Below, in pieces: positions 36,981 through 48,235 of a stretch of 64,000 nucleotides of DNA. A program made the position numbers and the translations under genes. The stretch is from Schmidtea polychroa (taxonomy: Eukaryota), in contig CM097885.1 in assembly GCA_044892525.1 (NCBI GenBank), positions 228,160,001-228,224,000 of the forward strand. The letters are read 5' to 3'. Positions within the stretch are counted from its first letter, which is position 1. Every line of letters starts with the position of its first letter. The notes below the pieces were generated by a model, which searched no databases, was not told the origin of the DNA, and saw nothing but the letters and a program-made list of their open reading frames with translations.

Positions 36981-39099
36981 GTAATTCAATGAATTTTCCA
37001 TTTTTTTCGATTGTAGATTATTTTTAATTATTCATTTCACTGCTTCATGAATTTTTAGAATTTCTGTTTATCAGATCATGCGTGTATTTTCTAATAAAAA
37101 TAATTTCCTGGCATTAAATGAGATTTCCAAAAACTGAATTGAAACTTACTCTGAACTCTTTGAATTAAGTATTAAATGAAAATGAGAATAAAATACTACT
37201 TTGGTGAAAAGATTTTTCAAATTTTCCAATTTCAATTATACACAGGCAGTGATGCCGAATAAAAATTGTTTTTTTTTCTCTAAATGATTTTAGAAAGATT
37301 ATTTATTAGGATTTTAATAATGAAACACTGAAAACAATGACAACTGTAGAACTTTAAGCGGATTATCTATAGTTTTGTTTAAATTTTGAAAATATATTTA
37401 GGCTTTAATTAAATGCTGCACTTATTTTGTGTAATTATCTGCTTAATGCTTTTACTTTTGTAGTAATCAAAAAGTTCATCTGCTCTATTTTGTACTTTTT
37501 ATATTTACATATATTTAATAGATGATTTTCACTGTCTGAATTAGTGTTGTTATACTCATCAGTTTTATTGTCAGGGATTTTTTTCTTTTATTACCCACAC
37601 TATTTACCTCATGTCATTTTATAAACAATTCGAATTTTTTGATGATGCACCTTTAGGAAACAATGATTCATCCAACAAGAGGTGGAATCAATTATATATT
37701 TGGTCACTCTTCTGTCAAGGACTTAGGTCTTTTAATTTTGAAAGAAATTATCGCTATGGTCTTAATTTTATATTTATTAAAAATAGCTTGCAGACTATAA
37801 ATCAGTAAATATATCAATGTTTTAGGTACTCACCAATTTTCGGCACTGCCTTTTTCAAGTGAATTTTATATGATTTTAACAAATTAGGGAAATCCTAAAA
37901 TGATAATTACATAATGGCATTGTATTTATAAAAAAGCTTGACTATGAGTCAATAAATATATCCATGATTTTTTATATCTTTACTGATTCTTAGTCAAGTT
38001 TTTAAATAAATTCATTGTCAATTGAAAAGTAATCAGTAGTAAAATTTGAAAAAAGTTCTTATAATAATGTCATAAAGTTACCCATCGTTTATCGTACAGC
38101 AGCCTATTGCTCACCCAAACAATGTTTTTGTACATAAAATAATAACTAGTAAAAACATCACATAAAACATGTAAATAAATATTCGATATTCTAAATTTAA
38201 AAAGTAAAGAAGTGAGAGGCGGCTAGTCGCTTAGGCGTGACCAACAACGTAAGCATTATTCGCGCGATCAACGGCGGGTTTCTACGTTCTTGTTAAAATA
38301 TATTACATTTGCACGTATATTTTCTATTTGTCAGCACAAGCGCCGTTCTATACATGATTTAGTTTATAAATCTCATCAAAATTTTATCTCGTCAGAATTG
38401 AAAATTTGTTTTAATTGTCTCTTAAATAGAAAAATTTGTTATTCTGCATAACTTTCAAAAGTTTTATTAATAATTTCTTAGAATAAATTTCTTTTTATAA
38501 TTTTATTTAATAAATTTGTAATTTTTAATGATCTTTTTTAGGAAAATAATTAGTAGAATTGTAATTGTGAGGTTATGTTTAATAAATGAATTAATATTTA
38601 ATTAATATTTAGTATAGTAACCGGAAAAGTTTTAATAAAATTTTTGTATTAATAAATCAAATTAATTTATTTTTTCTCATTTTTTCAAAAAAGAAGAAAT
38701 CAAATTGAAAATAGTTTATTATTGGTGAAGTGAGCTAAAGGTTTTACTAATAAATTAAGTAAAATATAGTGTACCTTGTCTAATTTCCCAGTTTTGTAGA
38801 GACATGAATTTTAGACAGTGAGAAATTGCGCAGTTTTTATATGAAAATTATATGAAAACTTTAAATAAAAAAATAGTCAGTTTTTGGGCTTTTATATTTT
38901 TTCTGGCATTTGCATCATTTGTTATAAAATATTTTAATGCATTCACATTTCTCCGCCTATACTATATCTTTATCATCTGATTTACTATCATAAACTTGAC
39001 TATCAAATATATCATTTCAATTTTAAACTTTTCCCACAATAATCTCTTTTCTTCCTAAATTACCTAAAATAAAAAGATAAAGATAAAGATCGTCATTTT

Positions 39100-39330
39100 C
39101 AGGGACGATATCTTTTATAAACTCCTCAACTTTCGATTTGGAATTTTGATTCCTATGCGGAAAATAAAATTTGAATGTGACCAGCCTTTTCCCAACAACT
39201 AACAAATCTTTGAAAGTTCTTTCATTTCATCCCAATTTTGTATAAGGAATATTATATCTTGTACGTTGTAGCATTTACAAGCTTTTTCTGCAATTAAACT
39301 GTCCTTCAGCTTTACAATTTCATTGAAAAA
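39100..39330 (-). pseudogene. pogo/Tigger DDE C-terminal fragment
   Basis: VQDIIFLIQNWDEMKE...SCWEKAG resembles DAI..I..AW..V...TI.NCW.KAG; frameshifted. Confidence 0.4.
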
Positions 39331-39777
39331 GATTTTAACTTTTAATGACTATAATCGAGAAGTTGAGTTTTTAGGAGGAAAACGTATTTCAACATTGTTT
39401 AATTCAAACGAAATTTTATGAGAGAAGATGAAAAAGAATTTTTTGATTGTTTTTTTCAAACTCTATATATTTTCGAAAGCCAATTAATTGATCCTAATAT
39501 GTGAAATAATTACGTCATTTTCTTTGGAAAAAATTAAAATTTTATTCAAAATAGAATAAAATTTGCGTTCCCAAAAAAACGAAAAAATCAAACAAGTGGT
39601 AAATTAGACGGGTTGAAACTTATTTTTGCTAAAAAAATATAACATTAACTAAAATTTTATGTCTACCTAGTTGTACCTAGTTGAATTAATAAAAACATTT
39701 TGAATAAATAAAATAATTTAAAATAAAATTTAAAATAAAAAATAATTTAAAATAAAAAAGTAAACATTCAGTTAAAG

Positions 39778-40004
39778 CAGGCCTGTCAAACTTAATTTGC
39801 ACCACGGGCCATATGAGCTAACTAAATAAAAATAGTAAATTAAAAATATTTCAGATTTATTCAAATACGTATATACAAATAATAGAGATAAATAATACAA
39901 ATAACCGATTTATTCAAAAATATACAAAAAAGGTATTATATATTATTAAACAAAATATACAAAAAAAATGTATTACACGACGGGCCGTGTATTTGACAGG
40001 CCTG
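39778..40004. mobile_element. hAT-type MITE (227 bp)
   Basis: 13-bp TIR CAGGCCTGTCAAA; perfect 8-bp TSD AGTTAAAG. Confidence 0.9.
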
Positions 40005-40029
40005 AGTTAAAGTATAAAAGGAATAATAA

Positions 40030-40035
<6 letters not shown>

Positions 40036-40082
<47 letters not shown>
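40036..40082. repeat. (TA)n microsatellite truncating the Merlin relic
   Basis: Direct observation. Confidence 0.95.
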
Positions 40083-40084
<2 letters not shown>

Positions 40085-40099
40085 CGTGCATTTAAACCA

Positions 40100-40402
40100 A
40101 ATAAAATTTGTTTTGTTATTCTCAGTATTTCTATTTTCAATGGGTACTAAAATACAACTTTTACCAATACGATCTATAGCGTCAAACACCCAAAGTGATC
40201 CGCTAATTCTCCCAGTATTATATTTTCATCTAAAGAAAAGATACTCGTCGATTTCAACATCTAGCGCATTTTCATTCTCGTCAATTCCCCCGATATTTCC
40301 TGTCTCTCGTAACAAGGTTACGCCATCCACTATAATACTTTTATTCATACGTAACTCCTTTGAAATTTTATTCTGTGGTAAATCTTGCTTCAAAACATTC
40401 CG
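40100..40402 (-). pseudogene. Merlin (IS1016/ISXO2-like) transposase fragment
   Basis: ISKELRMNKSIIVD..LLRE..IGG...DVEIDEYLFFR*KYNTGR....WVFDAIDR..KSCILVPIENRNTE matches Merlin IGG...VEIDES.F.KRKYNRGR...WVFG.IER...CF.VPV..R. Confidence 0.8.
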
Positions 40403-42752
40403 TCATATGACAGAATAGTAGGTATAATATAAAATTTAAGATTTTTTTTTACATTAAAGGGTAGCAATTTAATTTTTTTATAGAACTTTATAATAGGATT
40501 TTGCCGCATTTTTTTGTTATAAAAAACTGTTACTTTTTCTTGATATGAAATTTCTGTAATAAATATCAAAGAAGTGCTTTTGCTCATCAGCTAAGTAAAA
40601 AAAAGCAATTTTTTTCATTTATTGGGATTCCCCGAAACGCATAAATTGTCAAAATAAAATACCAAAAATTTCCGCGTAAATGAGAGGTTATACTTTTTCA
40701 TTGAAATGAATGAAAATTCGGCTCATATGTCTAAGTATAAAAACAAAATTATAAGTTCTGTCATTTTGACGAGTTGGTAGATATAGGTATATGTTAGGTT
40801 GTTCCTTAACATAAACAAGAGAAAAGTTAATTTGCGAGTACATTGGTTTCATATTAAAAGTCATCATAAATTTTCAAAACAATATTTACACAACAGTAAT
40901 AAAATTTATGCTTAAATATATCAAAATGACGGATTGCTAGTTCTAGCGTTAAATAAGTTTTCTCTAACCCAACTTACGATCTTTGTTCTTAAGTCATTCA
41001 TAATATTCTAATTTTCAGAAAATAATTTATTTAAAACTGTGAAACTTTTAAATAATGTAAAAGTTTTTAACATTAAAAATAGGCCTTTCTTTAATTCTGA
41101 GCAGCTTCTCTAAAAATGTCATTAACTCTATTTTCTTTCCAAAAAAATCTTTGGTTATAAATAAATTAATGTCACATCATATTACAAATAATGGGTGGTT
41201 AAATACCGGGGGTAGATCGGATTTTTTGCCATTTGTGCTAGCAAATACGTTTTGTAAAATATCCACAGATTCAACCAACTTTTTGAGGGTCACAGAGAGG
41301 TTCAAATATGGGATATATTTGACTACCGGAATTCAAGGACTCGATGACATTTTTTAGCTTTAAACTTAACTTTCTACTCAATGATGCACATAAATTGCAA
41401 ATATAAGCTTGCTAAATATTATTGTCAAGGCTCCTTTCATGTGTATGAAAATCCGATTATATATTTGCCTGACATTTATGACATTAATTGGCGACTCCAG
41501 TCTAATAGTATAAATTTTGAATCTATGCGACGGATAACATGTAAAATGCAAACGGCTTTATCTGTTAAATTTGTATTTTTATTAATTTTTGAATTCACCA
41601 AATTTAGGCAGTCAATTTTACACTTGCCTAAGTGTTGCCTAAAAATTGAAAGTTTATATACATTATTATACAGTTGATGCGATGACTAATGAACAATACA
41701 GTTTTTTTGAATATGAATTCTTGTCATTAACCCAAAAGGAGAAAAAATTACTGTGTTCCGTGTTTGGTGTGCTCGATGTCCTTCATAATACAAAAGTGTC
41801 ATAAATGCTATATGTTACTGAAGTATGAGTTGAACCTCAGTAAAACATCCAAAGATCCAACTGGTACAGATATAGCAGAACCACTGGTCCCGAAAATTGA
41901 GCGAATTTTGGTTAAAGGTTCTATAATCACTGTTTCAACTATTCGAGTTTCACTGCTCATTTTTACTTGTCAGGACCAATACAAGAAGCAAATTAAGTCA
42001 TATAAATGATGTCAGATAACAAAAAATACCAGACTAAAGTTTGCAAATTCATAGCTGCTCCTAGTTTGGACAATGTCAGTGTTTACAATAAATAAGCAAA
42101 AACAGATGAAACCATTTTGATATCGCAATGCAGTGACATGGCGTGGTCAACAGTATTCGTTATTGCTGTTAGACCTTTTTGGAATACATCAAAACATATT
42201 AAGATATTATATTTAGTACAGGTATGCCCTGGAACATTTCTTGCACAATTCCAAAATAAATCAAACAATTTCTTATTCTTACTGTAAATTCCTGTGTTTA
42301 ATTTCAAATCATTTCAAAAAATTGCAAGTTTTGTAATTATCATTCGCAATTTTGCAAAGATGTCTGAAGATATTTTTTCTATACAAAATTTGCCATCTCA
42401 ATTATAATAAAATTTGACAAATGCAATATTTATTTCAATAATAAATGTGAATTATCAGAAGAAATAAAAAAACAATTAACTCATAGTAAATGAAATATTC
42501 TTTTTTTTATTTGTTGTTTCAAAAGTTACATAATTTCGACAGTTTATTATCACAAATATTGATGGCGTCATCCGCTTATTTTATATCATATATTGAGTGT
42601 GATCAAAAAATTTCTATTTATGCGATTTCGTTTGTATTTTGTGTTTTCAACAATTTCGATTTTCAACATTATCAGTTTTACTTTGTTAGAAATTATCTCA
42701 TATCTTGTTTTTTTTCCGCGAAATTTGACTGGTTCTTATTTTTATATATTAG

Positions 42753-43011
42753 AAAAATCCTCTTGCAAACATGACGTCGCCTGTTTATAAAATGAACCAT
42801 GACACATTTCCAGCCACAACGTCTTTGTCATCTTCTCTTCCTTCAAATGCGGATGCAAAATCTTTGCCTCAATCGTTTTATAGCAGTTTGGAATCAACGG
42901 CAGTTTCAGATAATAACAACTCCTCTTATGACGAAACGAATGGAGAAATTGCAGAATCTTCAAAATCAACATCAACCAATCAACTTGATGATAAAATAGA
43001 TGAGTGCGTTA
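42753..43011 (+). CDS. Host gene exon (model exon D), truncated by the assembly gap
   Basis: Acceptor TATATTAG then phase-0 KNPLANMTSPVYKMNHDTFPATTSLSSSLPSNADAKS...NQLDDKIDECV; composition as exons B and C. Confidence 0.6.
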
Positions 43012-43964
43012 NNNNNNNNNNNNNNNNNNNNNNNNNNNNNNNNNNNNNNNNNNNNNNNNNNNNNNNNNNNNNNNNNNNNNNNNNNNNNNNNNNNNNNNNN
43101 NNNNNNNNNNNNNNNNNNNNNNNNNNNNNNNNNNNNNNNNNNNNNNNNNNNNNNNNNNNNNNNNNNNNNNNNNNNNNNNNNNNNNNNNNNNNNNNNNNNN
43201 NNNNNNNNNNNNNNNNNNNNNNNNNNNNNNNNNNNNNNNNNNNNNNNNNNNNNNNNNNNNNNNNNNNNNNNNNNNNNNNNNNNNNNNNNNNNNNNNNNNN
43301 NNNNNNNNNNNNNNNNNNNNNNNNNNNNNNNNNNNNNNNNNNNNNNNNNNNNNNNNNNNNNNNNNNNNNNNNNNNNNNNNNNNNNNNNNNNNNNNNNNNN
43401 NNNNNNNNNNNNNNNNNNNNNNNNNNNNNNNNNNNCAATATTTTGCATTTAAAATATGATGCTCAACCATATTTTGATTAAATAATTCTGGATTTATATT
43501 TAAATTGGATCATCCAAGTTAGAGGCGAAAATTAGTTTTGAAAATTATTCAATATAATTTAATAACCGACAATCAAAATTGAAAACACTTCAGAGACCTT
43601 GGAATTGGTTTTATGATTTAATGAAATTTTTGATTTCTAAATATTTTCCATAATGAATCACATTTATAGAATTTAATTGTTGAATGTCGCCTTTNNNNNN
43701 NNNNNNNNNNNNNNNNNNNNNNNNNNNNNNNNNNNNNNNNNNNNNNNNNNNNNNNNNNNNNNNNNNNNNNNNNNNNNNNNNNNNNNNNNNNNNNNNNNNN
43801 NNNNNNNNNNNNNNNNNNNNNNTCAACAAATAATATATTCACAGGTGCTTCCAAGCATTCCAAAATGCAATTATAAAATATACTTATCAATAATCGCAGA
43901 AACTAAATTTATTTTGTTTTATTTTTTTAATGATATTTCATTTATTTTTATTCTGACAAAAGAA

Positions 43965-44220
43965 TAATTGATAAAGGTAAAGACCAAAATTTGTGTTTTT
44001 ACCAGAAGTGCAGTTTATGATATATTTAGAAAGCGTATTTGCAAAGAATGGTTTTTAAAAAGTTCCAATAAAAACAAAATAGTTGATTCAATTGCGGAAA
44101 GAAAATTTGAAATAGGAGATTGCGTTTTAATTAAGAGCAATACAAATAAGAAGTCATGAAAACGATTGATAAAAACATTGAGTGGCTAAAGTCATTTAAA
44201 CAAAGAAAGAAAGGATTTGA
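43965..44220 (+). pseudogene. Relic of a gypsy integrase C-terminus related to the element at 46735-51343
   Basis: LPEVQFM, KRICKEWF, RKFEIGDCVLIK and NIEWLK correspond to LPEVQFM, KKIYSEWF, REFQIGDCVLIK and NIEWLK at 50800-51120, with internal deletions. Confidence 0.75.
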
Positions 44221-44464
44221 GAATATAATTTAATTAAATAAATAGTAATTAAATAAATGATTAAATGTATGTATGTTTGGGATTGGTGTGGTCAGCAAAT
44301 TATTTATGCTTACATTACTCTACTTATTTAAATATTGCAAATAAATGGTATTGTTTTGAATTTAACAAATACATTTTGGGAATTAAATAATTGACGTTAG
44401 AAATATTAATTGTGTTACAACTAACACAGAATTAAAAATTTCGATCTTTAGTCATAATAGAAAC

Positions 44465-44701
44465 CAGTGGCGTAACTAGTGGACGCAGGACCCTGCGTTG
44501 CGGGGGCCCAAAATTATTACTAGAAAAATATTTATAATCATTTTCTGAAACTTTTTTCCCGAAGTTATATTTGCCTACAAACATAAAACTATCATTGAAT
44601 AGCATGCTGCTGTGAATAATTATATTTTAAACTTTAACCGAAAAATTTAAGTGGAAATATTTTACATTGCGCGGGGCCCAAATTTTGAAGTTCCGCCACT
44701 G
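44465..44701. mobile_element. hAT-type MITE (237 bp)
   Basis: TIR CAGTGGCGTAAC / GTTCCGCCACTG; TSD ATAGAAAC / ATAGAAAT; subterminal GGGGCCC. Confidence 0.85.
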
Positions 44702-45449
44702 ATAGAAATAAATGAAATTGAGACATATTTTTAACATAATTTAATAATTTTTTAAACTTATTTCGTCAATAAAGAAAAATTGTAGTTTTTGTTAAAAATT
44801 TGCAATTGAATTGAGAAATGGTCATTAATTTAGAGGTTAAAGAATTATGACTTTTGCTCTTATCGCATAACATTTGTTATAGCAAAATGGCGTTGTTTCT
44901 TGACATAATATTAAGCTAGAAAATACATAAAAATTAAAAGATTGAATGTGAGAAACAGTTTTGCAATTTAATTTCAAATTTTGATTTTAAAAATTGGTCT
45001 TATTATTTTGTTCACAAAAAATCATTCAAAAAACAATTGCTTATTGGTTTTTTTTTATCATCTGCAGGTGATGTTTTGATGTTGTTGACATTCAGGTCAG
45101 TTAAGATAACTATTAAAATTTGAAAATTTAATAAAATTTTACACTACTTTCAAATTGAATCTGATATAAATAGATACTTTGTAACATTTTTTGTAAAATT
45201 TATATAAAATACACAAACCAGCAATTAACTCAAAATCGTGTATACATTTGTAATTGTCATGTGTTAGGATAAATCAATTTGTATTAAATACCCATTTCCA
45301 AATCGTCTATCGAATCTGATCATTTGACTAATAAATGTGTACAAGCATTCAGTAGTTACATGTTTTTCTGCTTAGAGTAGATTGAATTTGGAAGTGGTAT
45401 ATTAAGGGTTAATAGTGATAAAGATCAGTGGCGTATTAGTAAAATAAGA

Positions 45450-45900
45450 AGCAACGGAACGCATGGTGAGAGCAAAAAAATAGTCCGCGACTTTCCACAA
45501 ACACTTCCTGAAGGTTTTTAGGAGATCATCTTACTTTAAGCAATTACTTTAAGATTCAACATATATTATAATGTCGTAAGATGTTTGACCTGAGTATCCT
45601 TCACGGCTTCTTTCTCCAACTCGATATAATAGCTCTTTCTTTTAAAAATTCCTTTAGGCTCTAATCTTTCTCAACCTGAACAATTTTTCGCAAATGTTCC
45701 GTTATTTTTTCTTTGATTTTACAAGGCCCTCGCTTTTCCTCACCATAAACTGAGGTTTTATCACTCTGGAGGTAGTTTTACCAACAGTAAATTGTTTCTT
45801 TTGATGAGCATTCACAACCATAAACAGCATTCAGCTCTATATTGGTTTCTTTTCAACTCTTGCCTTTCATATGGAGAAAACAAAAGACTCTGCGATATTA
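45450..45900 (-). pseudogene. Second mariner transposase relic
   Basis: ELNAVYGCECSSKETIYCW*NYLQSDKTSVYGEEKRG matches the mariner HTH L..VYG....S..T...W...F..G..S..DE.R.G; many stops; TIRs not found. Confidence 0.55.
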
Positions 45901-46734
45901 CACGCTTTATAGGGGCATTGTAAAATAAGTGCTAAATATTTTAATTAAGTAACAACTGATAAAAACAAATACCGGTATATTTATCTATATTCACAACAGA
46001 ATATATATTTACAGTTTGGTTTATTTACTTCTATAAGAGTCTCACTATTCTTTGGACACACCACTAATGTTTTTTTGCAATCCTTTCACTGTATATAAAC
46101 AACTAAAGATCAGCATGTTTTTTAAAAAAAATATTTAAACTTTATTATTAAAATTTCATTTATTATCGGTATATATAAGTAATAAGCTATAAGTAATGGC
46201 TAAATTACTGGACCTACAGTTGAACGATGTCAATGAAGCACCCGACAGCCACATACAAACCTTTTGAATATATAATATGTTTTTGGTTAATAGGCAAATA
46301 AAAAAAGATTAAAATTTACATGATTTTTGTTAGTAATATGTCATGTTTATGCAGACAAAGTTTTACAGTTCCTCTACACTGAATACACTATTATGTAAAA
46401 CTTGGTTAAAACCCCGAGTGCTGCCGGGTAGTGATGTTAGTACACAAAAAGAATTACTGAAAAATTGAATACTTGATGGACGTCCTAACGAAATCGGTTT
46501 TAAAAAGTTTAGTAATTAGAAAGGTTTTTGTAATCGTTACTTTTTCTGTTTCCATATAATATAAAAATTTTCAATTTATTCAATTGTAATTTAGAGGAAT
46601 ATTATTTTCATCTAATTCTGGTTAAAATAAACTTTCTGGGCTTATTTCATCGCTGACAACATTTTATTTCAATCTATAACAAAACAATTTCAATTTATTT
46701 TATGAAAGTAATTTCCATAAAAATATTTCCGTAT

Positions 46735-47013
46735 TGTGAGGCGTTTTGTAATTTGTATTTAAATAATGGTATGATGTTGTGTATGTTTGATTGCATGCTG
46801 AAATCCTTACTTATACATTAATTATTATTTTTTAGAAACTCCTCAAACAAATTAACGTTATAATTTGTTTTAATAATATTTATGTTTTTGATTTTGTGTT
46901 TTTTTAGAAACTCCTCAAACAAATTAACCTTATAATTTGTTTTAATAATATTTGTGTTTTTTAATAAACGTGTTTTTAGTTAGCTATTAATACCCGTAGC
47001 TCTGTGGCAAATA
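46735..47013 (+). repeat. 5' LTR (279 bp, with an internal ~72-bp duplication)
   Basis: Near-identical to 51132-51343 apart from the duplicated block (copies at 46831 and 46903). Confidence 0.9.
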
Positions 47014-48018
47014 TGGCGACCACGATTGCAAATTTTATCAAATCACCAGAAACATATGACATGGATTCAGACATGGAAGATTTTATCTTAGAAACGAAAC
47101 GATTCTTCGAGATGACAAATATTGTCGATGAATACAGAAGCAAATTCGTCAAAGCTTTTCTATCAATCAATTCAACGAAGAAATATTATACAGAAAGATT
47201 AAGAAACGCTTTTGCTAAGAACAGAAGTCTTATCGATGATCTCAGCAAAGCGCTAAATTATCGTCAAGGAAATAAGGCTGCCGAAGAATTCTGCTCAAAA
47301 ATTGAGAAACTTGCAAAAAATATTTTGAAGCATAAACTTGATGAAGAAGAACTAAAGAAATTTTTGCTATTCAATTTGCTTGAAGATAAAGAAGTTAAAA
47401 AAGATCTCAAAATGCAAGATTTAAAATCATTTTATGAAATGAAAGAAAGATTAAAGAGACACGATCAAGTTTCAAAAGAAATTAATGTATTTCATGCTGA
47501 TGTAGCTTCAATGAATAAAACACAACGCTAAGCTGATGCTGTTAAGAAGAGCTTACCAAGATATAGTTATGATAACAGATCAATTCGAGAACGAGAAGCT
47601 AATCCCAGATTCAAAGATGAATATACAAGAGAACCTCAGCATAATCCAAGATTCAAAGGCGATCTTACCAGAGAACATCGATATGCTATTTCAAATGGAT
47701 GGAAACCTATGAATAGAAGTAAGCCTTATAATACCAGGGAATTTCATTCGCGAGATCATGTCCGAACAAACCAAATTTTGCGATGTTGGGCGTGCCACGA
47801 AGAAGGTCATAAAAGATCTGAATGCCCCAATATTCAATGTGCCCATTGTAAAAGATCTGGACATTTCAAACATCAGTTCCATGAGGAAATATCCAGGCAG
47901 ACGTCGAAAATTCCATAAATCAGTGGCTGCATTCGGTGACGAGGATCCAGAGGCTGATTTTGAGTACCAAAATGGGAATGCTCCACCACATGAGGAGGTG
48001 ATCGGAGCAATAAATTAA
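47013..48018 (+). pseudogene. gag: gag with two zinc knuckles (one premature stop, one frameshift)
   Basis: ATG at 47013; in-frame TAA at 47529-47531; CWACHEEGHKRSEC and CAHCKRSGHFKHQF (last C lost). Confidence 0.85.
47014..47025 (+). promoter_or_regulatory. Primer-binding site TGGCGACCACGA, probably tRNA-Arg(UCG)
   Basis: Directly follows the 5' LTR; complementary to a tRNA 3' end ...UCGUGGUCG-CCA as recalled for eukaryotic tRNA-Arg(UCG). Confidence 0.7.
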
Positions 48019-48235
48019 AGGTAATTAATGATATGAGTAAGGGTTGTATGATTTTGAATTATTGTGATAGTTTGAATGATAACTGTTGTGATGGTGTTTT
48101 TGATTATAGAAATTATATTAATATATAAATTAATAAATTTTGTATGGATGAAGTTTTATAGACCCACCCCTAACGTCAAATGAACTAAATGTTCTTAATC
48201 GTGATAAACTGAATGATATAATAGTATACGATAAA

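Noticed and set aside
37247-37849. Possible MITE with CAGTG(AT)GCCGAA / TTCGGCACTG ends
   Set aside because: The TIR needs an indel and there is no TSD.
41310-41357. RecA/RAD51-like YLTTGIQGLDDIF
   Set aside because: No Walker A motif follows in any frame; the similarity is too short.
42972-43967. Track ORFs spanning N gaps (also near 8010, 15212 and 27680)
   Set aside because: Open only because of Ns; only the 42753-43011 part is supported.
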